From positions 31,013 to 95,012 of IMG/VR virus record IMGVR_UViG_3300021425_000014: a stretch of DNA of 64,000 nt, one strand, 5' to 3'. Position 1 is the first letter of the stretch. The number at the start of each line of letters is the position of its first letter. The position numbers were made by a program, and so were the translations under genes. The DNA is from a virus. A model generated the notes under the pieces. That model had not been told where the DNA came from. It did not search any database and saw only the letters and a list, made by a program, of their open reading frames with translations. Of the stretch, positions 55,256-64,000 are shown piece by piece.

Positions 55256-55629
55256 TGGCTTTAGAATATACAAAAACTAAGTACAATGAGATAGTCTCCG
55301 CTAAGATTTCTAACGAAAGCGCAATAAGTGATTTATATGCAAATTTCGATAGCTTTAGTCAGGATGACAAATTTATTGCATTAGAAATTATTGATAATCT
55401 AAATATTATTAATGAAGAATTTAATAAGTATATCGCGGTATACAACACAATTGAGCAAAGCGATGAACAAGATCTAGAATATGTTGTTTCATTGGGAGAT
55501 ACCATATTAAGTATTGCACAAAAGATGACCGGCGATTATAATAACTGGAAAGAGATCATGCGCTTTAACAACCTAAGCGATATAGATCTTGAGATTGGTT
55601 CCATTCTCTTGATACCGCGAATTTCATAG
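55255..55629 (+). CDS. LysM-domain baseplate/tail protein
   Basis: YVV..GDTI.SIA....G....W.EI...N.L....L.IG..L.IP. Confidence 0.85.
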   Translation: MALEYTKTKYNEIVSAKISNESAISDLYANFDSFSQDDKFIALEIIDNLNIINEEFNKYIAVYNTIEQSDEQDLEYVVSLGDTILSIAQKMTGDYNNWKEIMRFNNLSDIDLEIGSILLIPRIS

Positions 55630-55630
55630 A

Positions 55631-56911
55631 ATGACAGATCAAAATAAAGACATCTACAGAAGCCATATGCCATATGCTTTCGTTTTTATCGGAAAGCAAT
55701 TGTGTCTTGTTGAAAGCTTTGATATGTCTGTTACAACCAGGGGCGAATCAAGTAGATGTACTTTGACAATCCCCCTTGACAATATTGATACAACTGTATT
55801 TGCTAGTTCAACTAATTCTGACGAAAGAGTTCCCGTAGAAATCTGGTCTGGCTACTTAAGAGATATGCAAGATAAAAAAGGCGAAAGCATACCGAAGCAA
55901 ATCGAAAGAATCGCGTCAAAAATATCTCAAGGCAAAAGCGATCAGCAGAAAATGTTCTCCAAGAGATTTGATGGATTCGTGTCTCAACCAGAATGGACTT
56001 TTGGGGACGAAAGGACGATAAGATTAACCTGTCACGACTACTCACAAACATTAAGAGAATACAAGTGGGATAAAAATTTAAAAGATGGAGATACAGAAGT
56101 ATCAAGAGTTATAGAAGCCGTCAAGAAAAGAATCGTTGGATTGGATATAAAATATGATGGCTATACAGGAGTCAAGAGGCTTGGTGAAAAAGATGCTGAG
56201 ACTGGCAAATATACCTACAGCGCTTCTGGTAAATCGTATTGGGATATATTGATTGATTGTGCCGATAAATTAGGCAAAAGATTATTTATTGACGGCAAGC
56301 AAATCATCATAGCCAATTTTAAGCAAAATCCTAAAATATGGAGTATGTATTATGGTTCCGCAGAACGCCAAAAGGTTGAAGGCCAAAGTGTTGGTCAATT
56401 TTTTAAAAAGCTAAATGTGCGGTATGGCGGCATCGGAGAAAGCACTCGAAGTGATGTTGTTGTCGATCTCTATTCGCAAAATTTAACCAAAAAAGGTGCG
56501 GCAAAAAAGACATATGTAAGATATCCAGAAAACGCGGCAATTAAAACCAATACTCGTCATATTGTTAAAAAAGTATCTAATAATATGTCAGAACAAGAGC
56601 TTCGCGTAATGGCCGAAAATATCTACAAAAAAAGCGCCAAGAAAACCATTACTGGAAATATTGATTTACCCTTTGCTAATAACTTCATTGATATATATGA
56701 TGTAGTCACATTCGTTAGCGATGGAAATTATAAAGATATTGAATTTCTCAAAGGTTATTATTTCTGCGTAAATAGCGTAAGCGAGAATTATGGCCAAGGC
56801 GGATATACTCAAACAATTGACTTCGACACGGATCCAGATATTAACGAAAAAACGGTCAAGCCAAAGCAGTTGATAGCTCCAGCCAAGAAGAAACCAGATG
56901 TACGGAGGTAG
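55631..56911 (+). CDS. Baseplate hub protein
   Basis: Synteny; F.GF, C.DYS, SYWD.L. Confidence 0.65.
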   Translation: MTDQNKDIYRSHMPYAFVFIGKQLCLVESFDMSVTTRGESSRCTLTIPLDNIDTTVFASSTNSDERVPVEIWSGYLRDMQDKKGESIPKQIERIASKISQGKSDQQKMFSKRFDGFVSQPEWTFGDERTIRLTCHDYSQTLREYKWDKNLKDGDTEVSRVIEAVKKRIVGLDIKYDGYTGVKRLGEKDAETGKYTYSASGKSYWDILIDCADKLGKRLFIDGKQIIIANFKQNPKIWSMYYGSAERQKVEGQSVGQFFKKLNVRYGGIGESTRSDVVVDLYSQNLTKKGAAKKTYVRYPENAAIKTNTRHIVKKVSNNMSEQELRVMAENIYKKSAKKTITGNIDLPFANNFIDIYDVVTFVSDGNYKDIEFLKGYYFCVNSVSENYGQGGYTQTIDFDTDPDINEKTVKPKQLIAPAKKKPDVRR

Positions 56912-56916
56912 GCCAA

Positions 56917-57585
56917 GTGTCTGACGAATTTCAAGCAATAAGAAATATCTATGACAGAATTGATCAAGTAAAAGGCGAAGTAAAATTCATCTCAGAAGCC
57001 TTAGTTACTAAAGTTAGAAAAAAAGATAAAAGAGTGGAACTTACCCTTTTGCCAGACTTCGAAGAGATTGGATGGGTAAGGTTATATATGTTAAATGCTA
57101 ACGGTAATTACTCATCCGGTCAGTTGCCAGAAGTAGATACAACTGTATTGGTTTTGTTCCCAAATGGTGATTCTAGAAATGCTATATGTTTATCTGGCGG
57201 ATATTGCGAGGCTGGTGAGCTTGGTTACGAGCCAACCGGCGATTATGATGTTGTTTTTACTGATAAATACGGCAACAAAGTTTTAATGGAAGAAACCGGC
57301 ATCACTATACAGGATAAAAGTGGTAATAAAATTATCACTACTAGCAGTAAAATAACTATTGAGGGTGCTAGTGCCATTGATATTAAGTCTAGCGGAACTG
57401 GAAGTGTTGATATTAATGGAGCTTCTGCCGTGAATATTAATTCAGATATACCAGTTGGCTCTATTAAGTTAGGAGATGGAACTGCGCCAGTTGCTAGGGT
57501 TGGAGATCAAGTGGCCACTCCAATGGGGCCTGGGGTTATAATCGGCACAGTTACAGGCTCACCAAATGTTAAGGTTTTAGTGTAA
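56917..57585 (+). CDS. Baseplate spike (gpV-like)
   Basis: GWVR, LPEV...VLV.F.NGD, beta-helix repeats, VARVGD. Confidence 0.8.
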   Translation: MSDEFQAIRNIYDRIDQVKGEVKFISEALVTKVRKKDKRVELTLLPDFEEIGWVRLYMLNANGNYSSGQLPEVDTTVLVLFPNGDSRNAICLSGGYCEAGELGYEPTGDYDVVFTDKYGNKVLMEETGITIQDKSGNKIITTSSKITIEGASAIDIKSSGTGSVDINGASAVNINSDIPVGSIKLGDGTAPVARVGDQVATPMGPGVIIGTVTGSPNVKVLV

Positions 57586-57869
57586 TGCCATTAGTTTCAT
57601 CAGTATTACAATTAGGTATTGCTGGCTCACTTCAGCCAAAAATAAAGCAAATTTTGGAACAAACTAAAAACGGCGATAATGCAATAACGGCAGATCAAAA
57701 AGCATTAGAATTATCTAACGCAATTGCAGAAGTAGTTGCCGCTCAAGTAGATGCTTATATCAAGATGGCTACAATAACTGTCCCTGCCGGTATTCCAGTA
57801 GCAACCGCAGGAAGTCCGGCAGCGCAAGTCGGCGCAACAACCGCACCAATGATTGCAATAATATCATGA
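57585..57869 (+). CDS. Small baseplate-associated protein
   Basis: IA..V..YIK.ATI.V..G motif typical after spike genes. Confidence 0.55.
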   Translation: MPLVSSVLQLGIAGSLQPKIKQILEQTKNGDNAITADQKALELSNAIAEVVAAQVDAYIKMATITVPAGIPVATAGSPAAQVGATTAPMIAIIS

Positions 57870-58285
57870 GCAAAAAATACGGAAATGATCTAATTATATT
57901 CGACGGAGACTTGATCGTTTCCGCTAGAGGCGATTTGGCGTCAACGAATGACTATGAAAAGACTCAAGTAATTCCATTTGACGGATACTACAATATCATA
58001 TTCTCCGCTTTGAATAGAGTTGGAACTGTTGTTGGAGAATTACCGCTACATCCAGAATACGGAACTCAAATTCCTTTATTAGTTTCAACGCCAAATAAAT
58101 ACGATTTAGCAGAGAGAATTAAGGAAGAATTATCTGTCGCACTATTGCAGGATCCAAGAATATCGGAAGTAATTACAACTGATATAATTGTAGATGGAAG
58201 TAAAATATCTACAACGGCTGAAGTTGTACTGATTGGGAAAACAGAAAGTTCCGTATTCGTATTCCCAAATTTCTATATTGAGTAA
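57866..58285 (+). CDS. Baseplate wedge gp25/gpW-like
   Basis: T..GEL..HPEYG, LLQDPRI. Confidence 0.85.
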   Translation: MSKKYGNDLIIFDGDLIVSARGDLASTNDYEKTQVIPFDGYYNIIFSALNRVGTVVGELPLHPEYGTQIPLLVSTPNKYDLAERIKEELSVALLQDPRISEVITTDIIVDGSKISTTAEVVLIGKTESSVFVFPNFYIE

Positions 58286-58287
58286 CT

Positions 58288-59391
58288 ATGGCAATAAGAC
58301 AAATATACACAATATCTCAAATAGTTAATCGCCTCATTAATAGAATGACGGCGAATAGCGGCGTTACTGATTATACCCCCGGCTCAAACATTAGAACAAT
58401 ATTTGAGAGTGTTGGTGTATTCGTCGAATATCTGCAATTCTTGGTGGAGGAGACGTATCGCTCCTTCTATATTGATACAGCAACGACAGCAGACCTTGAC
58501 GCCAGGGTTAACGATTTCGGTATGTCAAGAAAAGTGGCAAAAAACGCCACTGGAATCATTAAGTTTCAAAAAAATACGCCAGCAACTTCCACCTTTGTTA
58601 TTGCATCAGGTGTTCAGATCTCAACAGAGCCAGATGTATTCGGTAATACAATTTCATATACACTAGATAGCGATGTAACATTCGTATCGGGCTCCGTTGA
58701 AGCAACTGGATTTATCACTTGTTTGATTTCTGGGCCAGAGGGAAATGTGGCATCTGGAACAATCACTAATATCACATCTGCAATACCCGGTGTTGATGCA
58801 ATCATAAACGAATTTCCCTTAACAGATGGCGCATCAGCAGAGACTGATGAGCAGTTGAGGGGCAGGGTTCCTATCTTTATAAATGGCCTAAAACGCGCCA
58901 ATGAGGATGCAATCAAGTCTGCCATTCTAGCAATTGATGGAATTACGCTTGTAGGATTACGCGAAAATAATCCACTTCCCGGATACATTACCGTTTATGT
59001 GTCGAACGAAAGTGGCCAACTAACTGAACAACAATTAAAAGATATTAAGGAAGCTGCCGAAAACGCAGCGGCATTTGGCATTCAGACAAGTGTTGTCACT
59101 CCATCTGTTGAGTATATTACCATTGAACTTGATGCCGAACTCGATCTAGACAACTATGATCTTGATATAATCAAGCAGTCGATTCGCGATGCAATTGATG
59201 AATTTATTAGAATAAACCCAGAATCCGAAGTTCAGAGATATGATATTATACTCGCTGCAACTGTTCCAGGTGTAAATAATATCTACAATGTTAAGATTAA
59301 TGGCTTGCAATCCGATTATCAGGGCATTGGCGACTTCGTTGTCATTCGCTTAGTTGATAAAAATCTTTCAATTACGATTAACTCAGTATAA
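58288..59391 (+). CDS. Baseplate J-like wedge protein
   Basis: D...GS..R...E, TAT..DLD, G..GNV..G.I, G...ETDEQLR.R. Confidence 0.92.
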   Translation: MAIRQIYTISQIVNRLINRMTANSGVTDYTPGSNIRTIFESVGVFVEYLQFLVEETYRSFYIDTATTADLDARVNDFGMSRKVAKNATGIIKFQKNTPATSTFVIASGVQISTEPDVFGNTISYTLDSDVTFVSGSVEATGFITCLISGPEGNVASGTITNITSAIPGVDAIINEFPLTDGASAETDEQLRGRVPIFINGLKRANEDAIKSAILAIDGITLVGLRENNPLPGYITVYVSNESGQLTEQQLKDIKEAAENAAAFGIQTSVVTPSVEYITIELDAELDLDNYDLDIIKQSIRDAIDEFIRINPESEVQRYDIILAATVPGVNNIYNVKINGLQSDYQGIGDFVVIRLVDKNLSITINSV

Positions 59392-60248
59392 TGACTGTTA
59401 AAAACTTTACACTACAAGATATAACAAAACGAATAATGCTCTCATTGCCTTCTAGGTTTACAAGGGATGAGCAGTCTAATGTTTACAAGTTTTTTGAGTC
59501 TATCGCAGATGTTTTTAAGATTGACACAGACAAGATTGATGAATTAATTACACAAACCAATCTCGAAACCGCCAGCGGGGCTTATCTCGACCAATATATT
59601 TCTGGCCTAGCGGGATTCGGGCGACTAAACTCAAACTATCAAGCAATGCTTGAAACTGAAGATGATTTTGATATCATCGCAGAGGATGGAACACGCCTTT
59701 ATTTGCCAGACTACCAAGAAGGTGTACCAGAAGATGATATTCAATACAGAGAGAGATTCAATTCAGTAATCTATGATTATAATTCAACGAGAGTAGGATT
59801 AAGACAAATAGTTGTTGACTTTACTTATGAATACCCAGTTGACATGTATGCTGGATCGAAAAGGGGCGCATATTACAGTATAGAAACTATTCACGCAAAA
59901 AATTATTTCAACGATCCATCAACAGGAAGATATGGTGCCGGTGGAGATGTTGCATTTATAGGCTATATTGAGTTAACAAGAAGGCCAAATCAGGAATTAA
60001 TTGATGTTTTATGCAGCCATCTTACAGCAGCTAAAGCTTTGGGGATAAAATTATATTTGAAGTATCCAACAGAAGTTCTTGAAATAGAATTAGCCGATAG
60101 AGTAATATCGCGAGATCCATTATCTTTAAATAATTATGGTGTTCCAGAAAATTCAGTAACTGCTGGCGATACTTTGAGCGTAGAAATAACGACTGTCGTA
60201 CTAGCAGTGGTTGGTGAAGCATTAGTCGGACAATCATATGTAGGTTAA
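59391..60248 (+). CDS. Baseplate wedge (gpI-like)
   Basis: TASG..LD, E.D..YR.R, KALG. Confidence 0.7.
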   Translation: MTVKNFTLQDITKRIMLSLPSRFTRDEQSNVYKFFESIADVFKIDTDKIDELITQTNLETASGAYLDQYISGLAGFGRLNSNYQAMLETEDDFDIIAEDGTRLYLPDYQEGVPEDDIQYRERFNSVIYDYNSTRVGLRQIVVDFTYEYPVDMYAGSKRGAYYSIETIHAKNYFNDPSTGRYGAGGDVAFIGYIELTRRPNQELIDVLCSHLTAAKALGIKLYLKYPTEVLEIELADRVISRDPLSLNNYGVPENSVTAGDTLSVEITTVVLAVVGEALVGQSYVG

Positions 60249-60249
60249 T

Positions 60250-60696
60250 ATGAAAGATCAAGTCAAGCCAAGGGTAAATGTATCAATAGAAATTATTGAT
60301 GCAAAAACTGGTGAATTAATTAAAAAAAATGAGACGCATAACCTAGTAGTAGACACTGGGTTGAACCTACTTAGGGACGCGCTATACACTGGAACAATTT
60401 CCCCATTAACAAGGATTGGGCTTGGTACTTCTGGTAGCGCTGTATTGCCAACCGATACGCAGCTTGGTTCTGAGTTATTTAAAACTAATCTCTTATCTGT
60501 TACAAGTAGCAATAAAATTTTAACCTGTCAATACTTTTTAGATGAAAATACGGCAAATGGACAACTAATCAGAGAATTTGGATTATTTACCACTGGCGGA
60601 ACCCTGTACGCAAGAGTAACACAGGATCCGCCTATCGAGAAAACAGAATTAGTTGTCGCAGCCTTAACCTGGACACTTGATTGGGGCGCTGCGTAA
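60250..60696 (+). CDS. Tail fibre attachment protein (gpH N-terminal-like)
   Basis: HNLVV..G, IGLG, DTQL..E, IREFGLF. Confidence 0.7.
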   Translation: MKDQVKPRVNVSIEIIDAKTGELIKKNETHNLVVDTGLNLLRDALYTGTISPLTRIGLGTSGSAVLPTDTQLGSELFKTNLLSVTSSNKILTCQYFLDENTANGQLIREFGLFTTGGTLYARVTQDPPIEKTELVVAALTWTLDWGAA

Positions 60697-61586
60697 TGGC
60701 ATATGATCCTTTTACATTTACTTCTGGAGATATAATCACGGAAGATAGAATCAATAGTCTCCGCGCTTTTGATCTAACTGATAGTAATTTATCTTCCACT
60801 GCAAATATATCATGGGTGAAATTAAATAAAACCGGAAGTAGCTTGTCAGATTTATCGACTAGATCTGCGAGTGATTTAAATAGTGGAACACTGCCAAATT
60901 CTGTATTTCCAAATATACTCCCGTCCTCTAGTGCTATAAATTTAACAAATTTAAACGCTTCAAGTATAACAACTGGTGTAGTATCAGAAAGCGTATTGCC
61001 AAATATTTCTTGGTCAAAAATAAATAAAACCGGATCCAGCTTAGCAGATCTTTCGACTAGAACAACTTCTAATTTAACAGACTTTCCCTCTCAGACTACA
61101 AATGGTGGAAAATTCTTAACGACTAACGGCTCTACGTTATCATGGGCTAATTCTTCTGGAATAGTTCCAATTGGAAGTATTCAGGCATTGGCTTATGTCC
61201 CAAGTGTTTTACCAACTGGATATTTGGCATGTGATGGTTCGGCAATTTCTCGCACGACATACGCAGATTTGTTTTCAATAATTGGAACAACTTATGGTTC
61301 TGGAGATTTAAGTACAACATTTAATTTACCGGACTTAAGGGGCGTATTCCTTAGAGGCTTAGATCAAGGCAAGGGGTACGATCCTGGGCGCGTCATTGGC
61401 ACATATCAAGCCGACGACAACAAGGCGCACGTCCACGAATACACAGCATACAAGCAGCCAACAGCAGGTTTTTCGGTATCGTATACTGGCGGGGGCAATA
61501 CACAGCACGGCACTTTTGACACGTCCTCCACGGGTTCAGAGGCCCGACCAAAAAACATCGCAATTGTATACGTAATTAAATTTTAA
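60696..61586 (+). CDS. Tail fibre with phage tail collar domain
   Basis: PIGSI, GYL.CDG..ISR..Y..LF..IGT.YG.GD...TFNLPDLRG.F.RG, E.RP.N.A. Confidence 0.88.
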   Translation: MAYDPFTFTSGDIITEDRINSLRAFDLTDSNLSSTANISWVKLNKTGSSLSDLSTRSASDLNSGTLPNSVFPNILPSSSAINLTNLNASSITTGVVSESVLPNISWSKINKTGSSLADLSTRTTSNLTDFPSQTTNGGKFLTTNGSTLSWANSSGIVPIGSIQALAYVPSVLPTGYLACDGSAISRTTYADLFSIIGTTYGSGDLSTTFNLPDLRGVFLRGLDQGKGYDPGRVIGTYQADDNKAHVHEYTAYKQPTAGFSVSYTGGGNTQHGTFDTSSTGSEARPKNIAIVYVIKF

Positions 61587-61594
61587 GGCACGAT

Positions 61595-61810
61595 ATGTCA
61601 AGCAAAGAAGTATATAGCTACCATCAAGAAAGCGGAATTTATACTGGAAAAGTATTGGCTTATGAATCTCCATTAGAGCCAGGCATCTATCACATTCCAG
61701 CGCTTGCCACGGAAAAAAATCCACCATTATTAAAAGATGACGAATTGGCTTATTTTATAAATGGAAAATGGCAGATTAAAAAATTTGAAATTCAATCCGA
61801 AGATAAATAA
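61595..61810 (+). CDS. Tail fibre assembly chaperone-like
   Basis: Y.Y..E.G.Y.G, SPLEPG.Y.IPA.AT...PP, F.NG.W. Confidence 0.75.
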   Translation: MSSKEVYSYHQESGIYTGKVLAYESPLEPGIYHIPALATEKNPPLLKDDELAYFINGKWQIKKFEIQSEDK

Positions 61811-61841
61811 AATAACTGGCGTAAGCACATAAGGATGCATA

Positions 61842-63176
61842 ATGTCCTCAAAAAAGATCACGCAATTACCCGAAGCGACAGTAGTAGATGGAACCGAAAT
61901 CGTTCCATTTGTTCAAGCTGGACAAACTAAAAAAGCAACTTTAAATACTATCACATCCAACCTGCTTCAGGGACCACAGGGCGATCCCGGTTTATCCCTC
62001 AATTGGCAAGGCGACTGGTCAAGCGGCGCACTATACGAAGTAAACGATGTAGTATACTATCAAGGCAACTCTTTTGTTTGTATTGCCGATCACACCAATA
62101 TCACCCCGCAGCCTAATTCATATTGGAACCTAATTGCCCAAAGAGGTACTGACGGCGCGGACGGTGTTGACGGAATTGACGGCGTAGATGGCCTTGATGG
62201 TGAATCATTCTATTGGATGAGTCAATGGGCATCTGGTAATACATACGCAGAGAATGATGTTGTTGAATACGGCGGATCCGCCTTCATTGCTGTAGCGACC
62301 GCTGTTCCTGGTGATATTCCTGGTTCATCACCAGAATGGGATTTATTTGTATCAAGAGGTGTTGCGGCAACCGTTGAGATCGGCACAGTTACCACCGGAG
62401 CCCCCGGTGCATCCGCAAGCGTTGTAAATGTTGGTACATTAACTGACGCAGTATTTGATTTTGTTATCCCAGAAGGACTACAGGGCATTCAAGGCATTCA
62501 AGGCCCGCAGGGTGATCCAGGATTTGGGTTGCCAACTGGCGGCATTGATGGTCAGCTTATCGTAAAAAACGGCGCACTTGACTATGATACAAGATGGGAA
62601 ACATTATCAGTAACCGATAATGATGTATCTCCGACCGCCGAGATTGCATATTCTAAACTGAATCTTGCATCTGGTATTGTTGACAATGATGTATCAGCCT
62701 CTGCCGCAATAGTTTGGAGCAAGATAAGTAAAGCTGACTCAAGCCTCGCCGATCTGGCAACAAGATCAGCTAGTGACTTGGCGACTGGAACATTATCCGA
62801 TCTAAGGCTATCAAGCAATGTTCCGCTAAAAAACGCGGAAAATGACTTCACTGCTCAAAACGTATTCACAGAAGTAACATTATCATATGATGGCACAATG
62901 TCTTGGGATGTATCAACTGGTCAAGTCGCATCCGTTACACTGACTGGTAATCCAACATTAACAGCAACAGGGCAAAAAAACGGCGGCTTTTACTCTTTGT
63001 TAATCATTCAAGATGGAACAGGATCTAAAACAATATCTTGGGATACTAATGTATTCAAATTTAATGGTGGAGCACCACCAATTTTATCAACATCACCAAA
63101 CGCAAGAGATATATTAGTATTTAGAAGTGACGGAACCCTACTCATGGAAGTAGGAAGAAGTCTAGGAGTTTCATAA
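61842..63176 (+). CDS. Tail fibre with collagen-like repeats and carbohydrate-binding modules
   Basis: KITQLP start, GxY triplets, W.G.W...Y..NDVV.Y.G repeats. Confidence 0.8.
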   Translation: MSSKKITQLPEATVVDGTEIVPFVQAGQTKKATLNTITSNLLQGPQGDPGLSLNWQGDWSSGALYEVNDVVYYQGNSFVCIADHTNITPQPNSYWNLIAQRGTDGADGVDGIDGVDGLDGESFYWMSQWASGNTYAENDVVEYGGSAFIAVATAVPGDIPGSSPEWDLFVSRGVAATVEIGTVTTGAPGASASVVNVGTLTDAVFDFVIPEGLQGIQGIQGPQGDPGFGLPTGGIDGQLIVKNGALDYDTRWETLSVTDNDVSPTAEIAYSKLNLASGIVDNDVSASAAIVWSKISKADSSLADLATRSASDLATGTLSDLRLSSNVPLKNAENDFTAQNVFTEVTLSYDGTMSWDVSTGQVASVTLTGNPTLTATGQKNGGFYSLLIIQDGTGSKTISWDTNVFKFNGGAPPILSTSPNARDILVFRSDGTLLMEVGRSLGVS

Positions 63177-64000
63177 TGTTAGTTTTTGGCGGCGGATCCC
63201 CCGAAGAGGGCAAGCATAAAGTTGAACGCAGTCTTCGTTTCAATAGTGCCGATTCTGCTTATCTAAGCAGAACGCCAGTTGGGGCTGGCAACCGCAAAAC
63301 TTGGACGTGGAGCGGCTGGGTCAAGCGCAGTGCAATCGGAACTTACCAATCATTATTTTCTGGATCACCTGGCAACTCAACAGCAGGCCAAGATCACGGA
63401 ACCTATATAAGATTCGAATCAACGGATGAATTACAGATTTTAAGTTATGAAAATAATACGTATGGATTTCGCCTTTTAACAACTCAAAAATTCAGAGATC
63501 CTTCCGCTTGGATGCATATAGTTGTAACTATGGATACAACACAGTCTGTTGCTTCGGAGAGAGTTAAATTATTTGTCAATGGATCGCAAATAAAAACATT
63601 TTCAAATGCAACTTATCCGGCACAAAATAGCGAATGGAGGATTAATCAAAATTCAATTACTCATACTATTGGTAATGTGTTAATAGATACAACGCTAAAT
63701 CATTATTATAACGGATACCTTACAGAAATAAACTTCATCGATGGCGCTGCTCTAGGCCCATGGCATTTCGGCGAAACTGACACCCTAACAGGTAAATGGA
63801 TCCCGAAGCAGTACACCAAAGATGTCGTGCAAGTTGAATATCTTGTCATCGCTGGTGGCGGTGGGGGAGCTATGGCTGCTGGCGGCGGTGGCGGTGGTGG
63901 CGGCGCTGGTGGCTACCTTGAGGACGTGTCAACGGGCCTAAGTCTATCGCCTGGCACGACCTATACAGTCACTGTTGGCGGCGGCGACACCGGCTCTACG
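63176..64000 (+). CDS. LamG/concanavalin-like + glycine-rich receptor-binding protein, partial
   Basis: SLRFNSADSAYLSRTP...NRKTWTWSGWVKRS, FRDPSAW.H.V, YLVIAGGGGG; runs off window. Confidence 0.8.
   Translation, partial: MLVFGGGSPEEGKHKVERSLRFNSADSAYLSRTPVGAGNRKTWTWSGWVKRSAIGTYQSLFSGSPGNSTAGQDHGTYIRFESTDELQILSYENNTYGFRLLTTQKFRDPSAWMHIVVTMDTTQSVASERVKLFVNGSQIKTFSNATYPAQNSEWRINQNSITHTIGNVLIDTTLNHYYNGYLTEINFIDGAALGPWHFGETDTLTGKWIPKQYTKDVVQVEYLVIAGGGGGAMAAGGGGGGGGAGGYLEDVSTGLSLSPGTTYTVTVGGGDTGST

Noticed and set aside
39308-62851. Antisense ORFs within structural genes (e.g. 39689-, 45233-, 45989-, 53467-)
   Set aside because: Shadows of biased codon usage in well-supported plus-strand genes
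1-64000. tRNA/rRNA genes, reverse transcriptase/DGR, alternative genetic code
   Set aside because: No cloverleaf or T-loop signatures, no RT motifs or TR/VR pair noticed; long genes read through intact under the standard code

Overview
A 64-kb slice of a large lytic dsDNA phage with a contractile tail (myovirus-type); no bacterial chromosome, CRISPR, tRNA or integrase was recognised. Layout: (1) 0.2-11.9 kb nucleotide metabolism and replication (class II RNR, dUTPase, DnaB, Dam-like MTase, DnaG, SSB, deaminase, DenV-like, DnaE); (2) 11.9-18.3 kb small accessory genes, including a tandem array of seven Ead/Ea22-like paralogs, a matrixin and a host-like ClpP; (3) 18.4-32.7 kb an unusual early-type island; (4) 32.7-38.6 kb rmlD/DNA MTase/rmlC, an sce7726-like nuclease and a GATC 15-mer array (ori/pac candidate); (5) 38.6-64 kb head, neck, sheath, three tube-like paralogs, frameshifted tail chaperone, tape measure, baseplate and fibres. 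Terminase and portal are not in the window. The stand-out is region 3: about 16 self-contained expression cassettes, each built as [inverted (TATTG)n/(CAATA)n pentamer arrays] - [paired GATCTG] - [near-consensus sigma70 promoter] - [covarying 5' stem-loop + SD] - [one small gene] - [GC hairpin terminator]. The spacers also hold about 100-bp dyad elements with an exact AGGGTGATTGTAC core that resemble strong gyrase sites, and the island closes with a 68-bp tandem array of helically phased TTAA boxes. Functions proposed for these non-coding elements are inferences; the sequence patterns themselves were read directly. Protein family calls come from motif recognition, not database searches.
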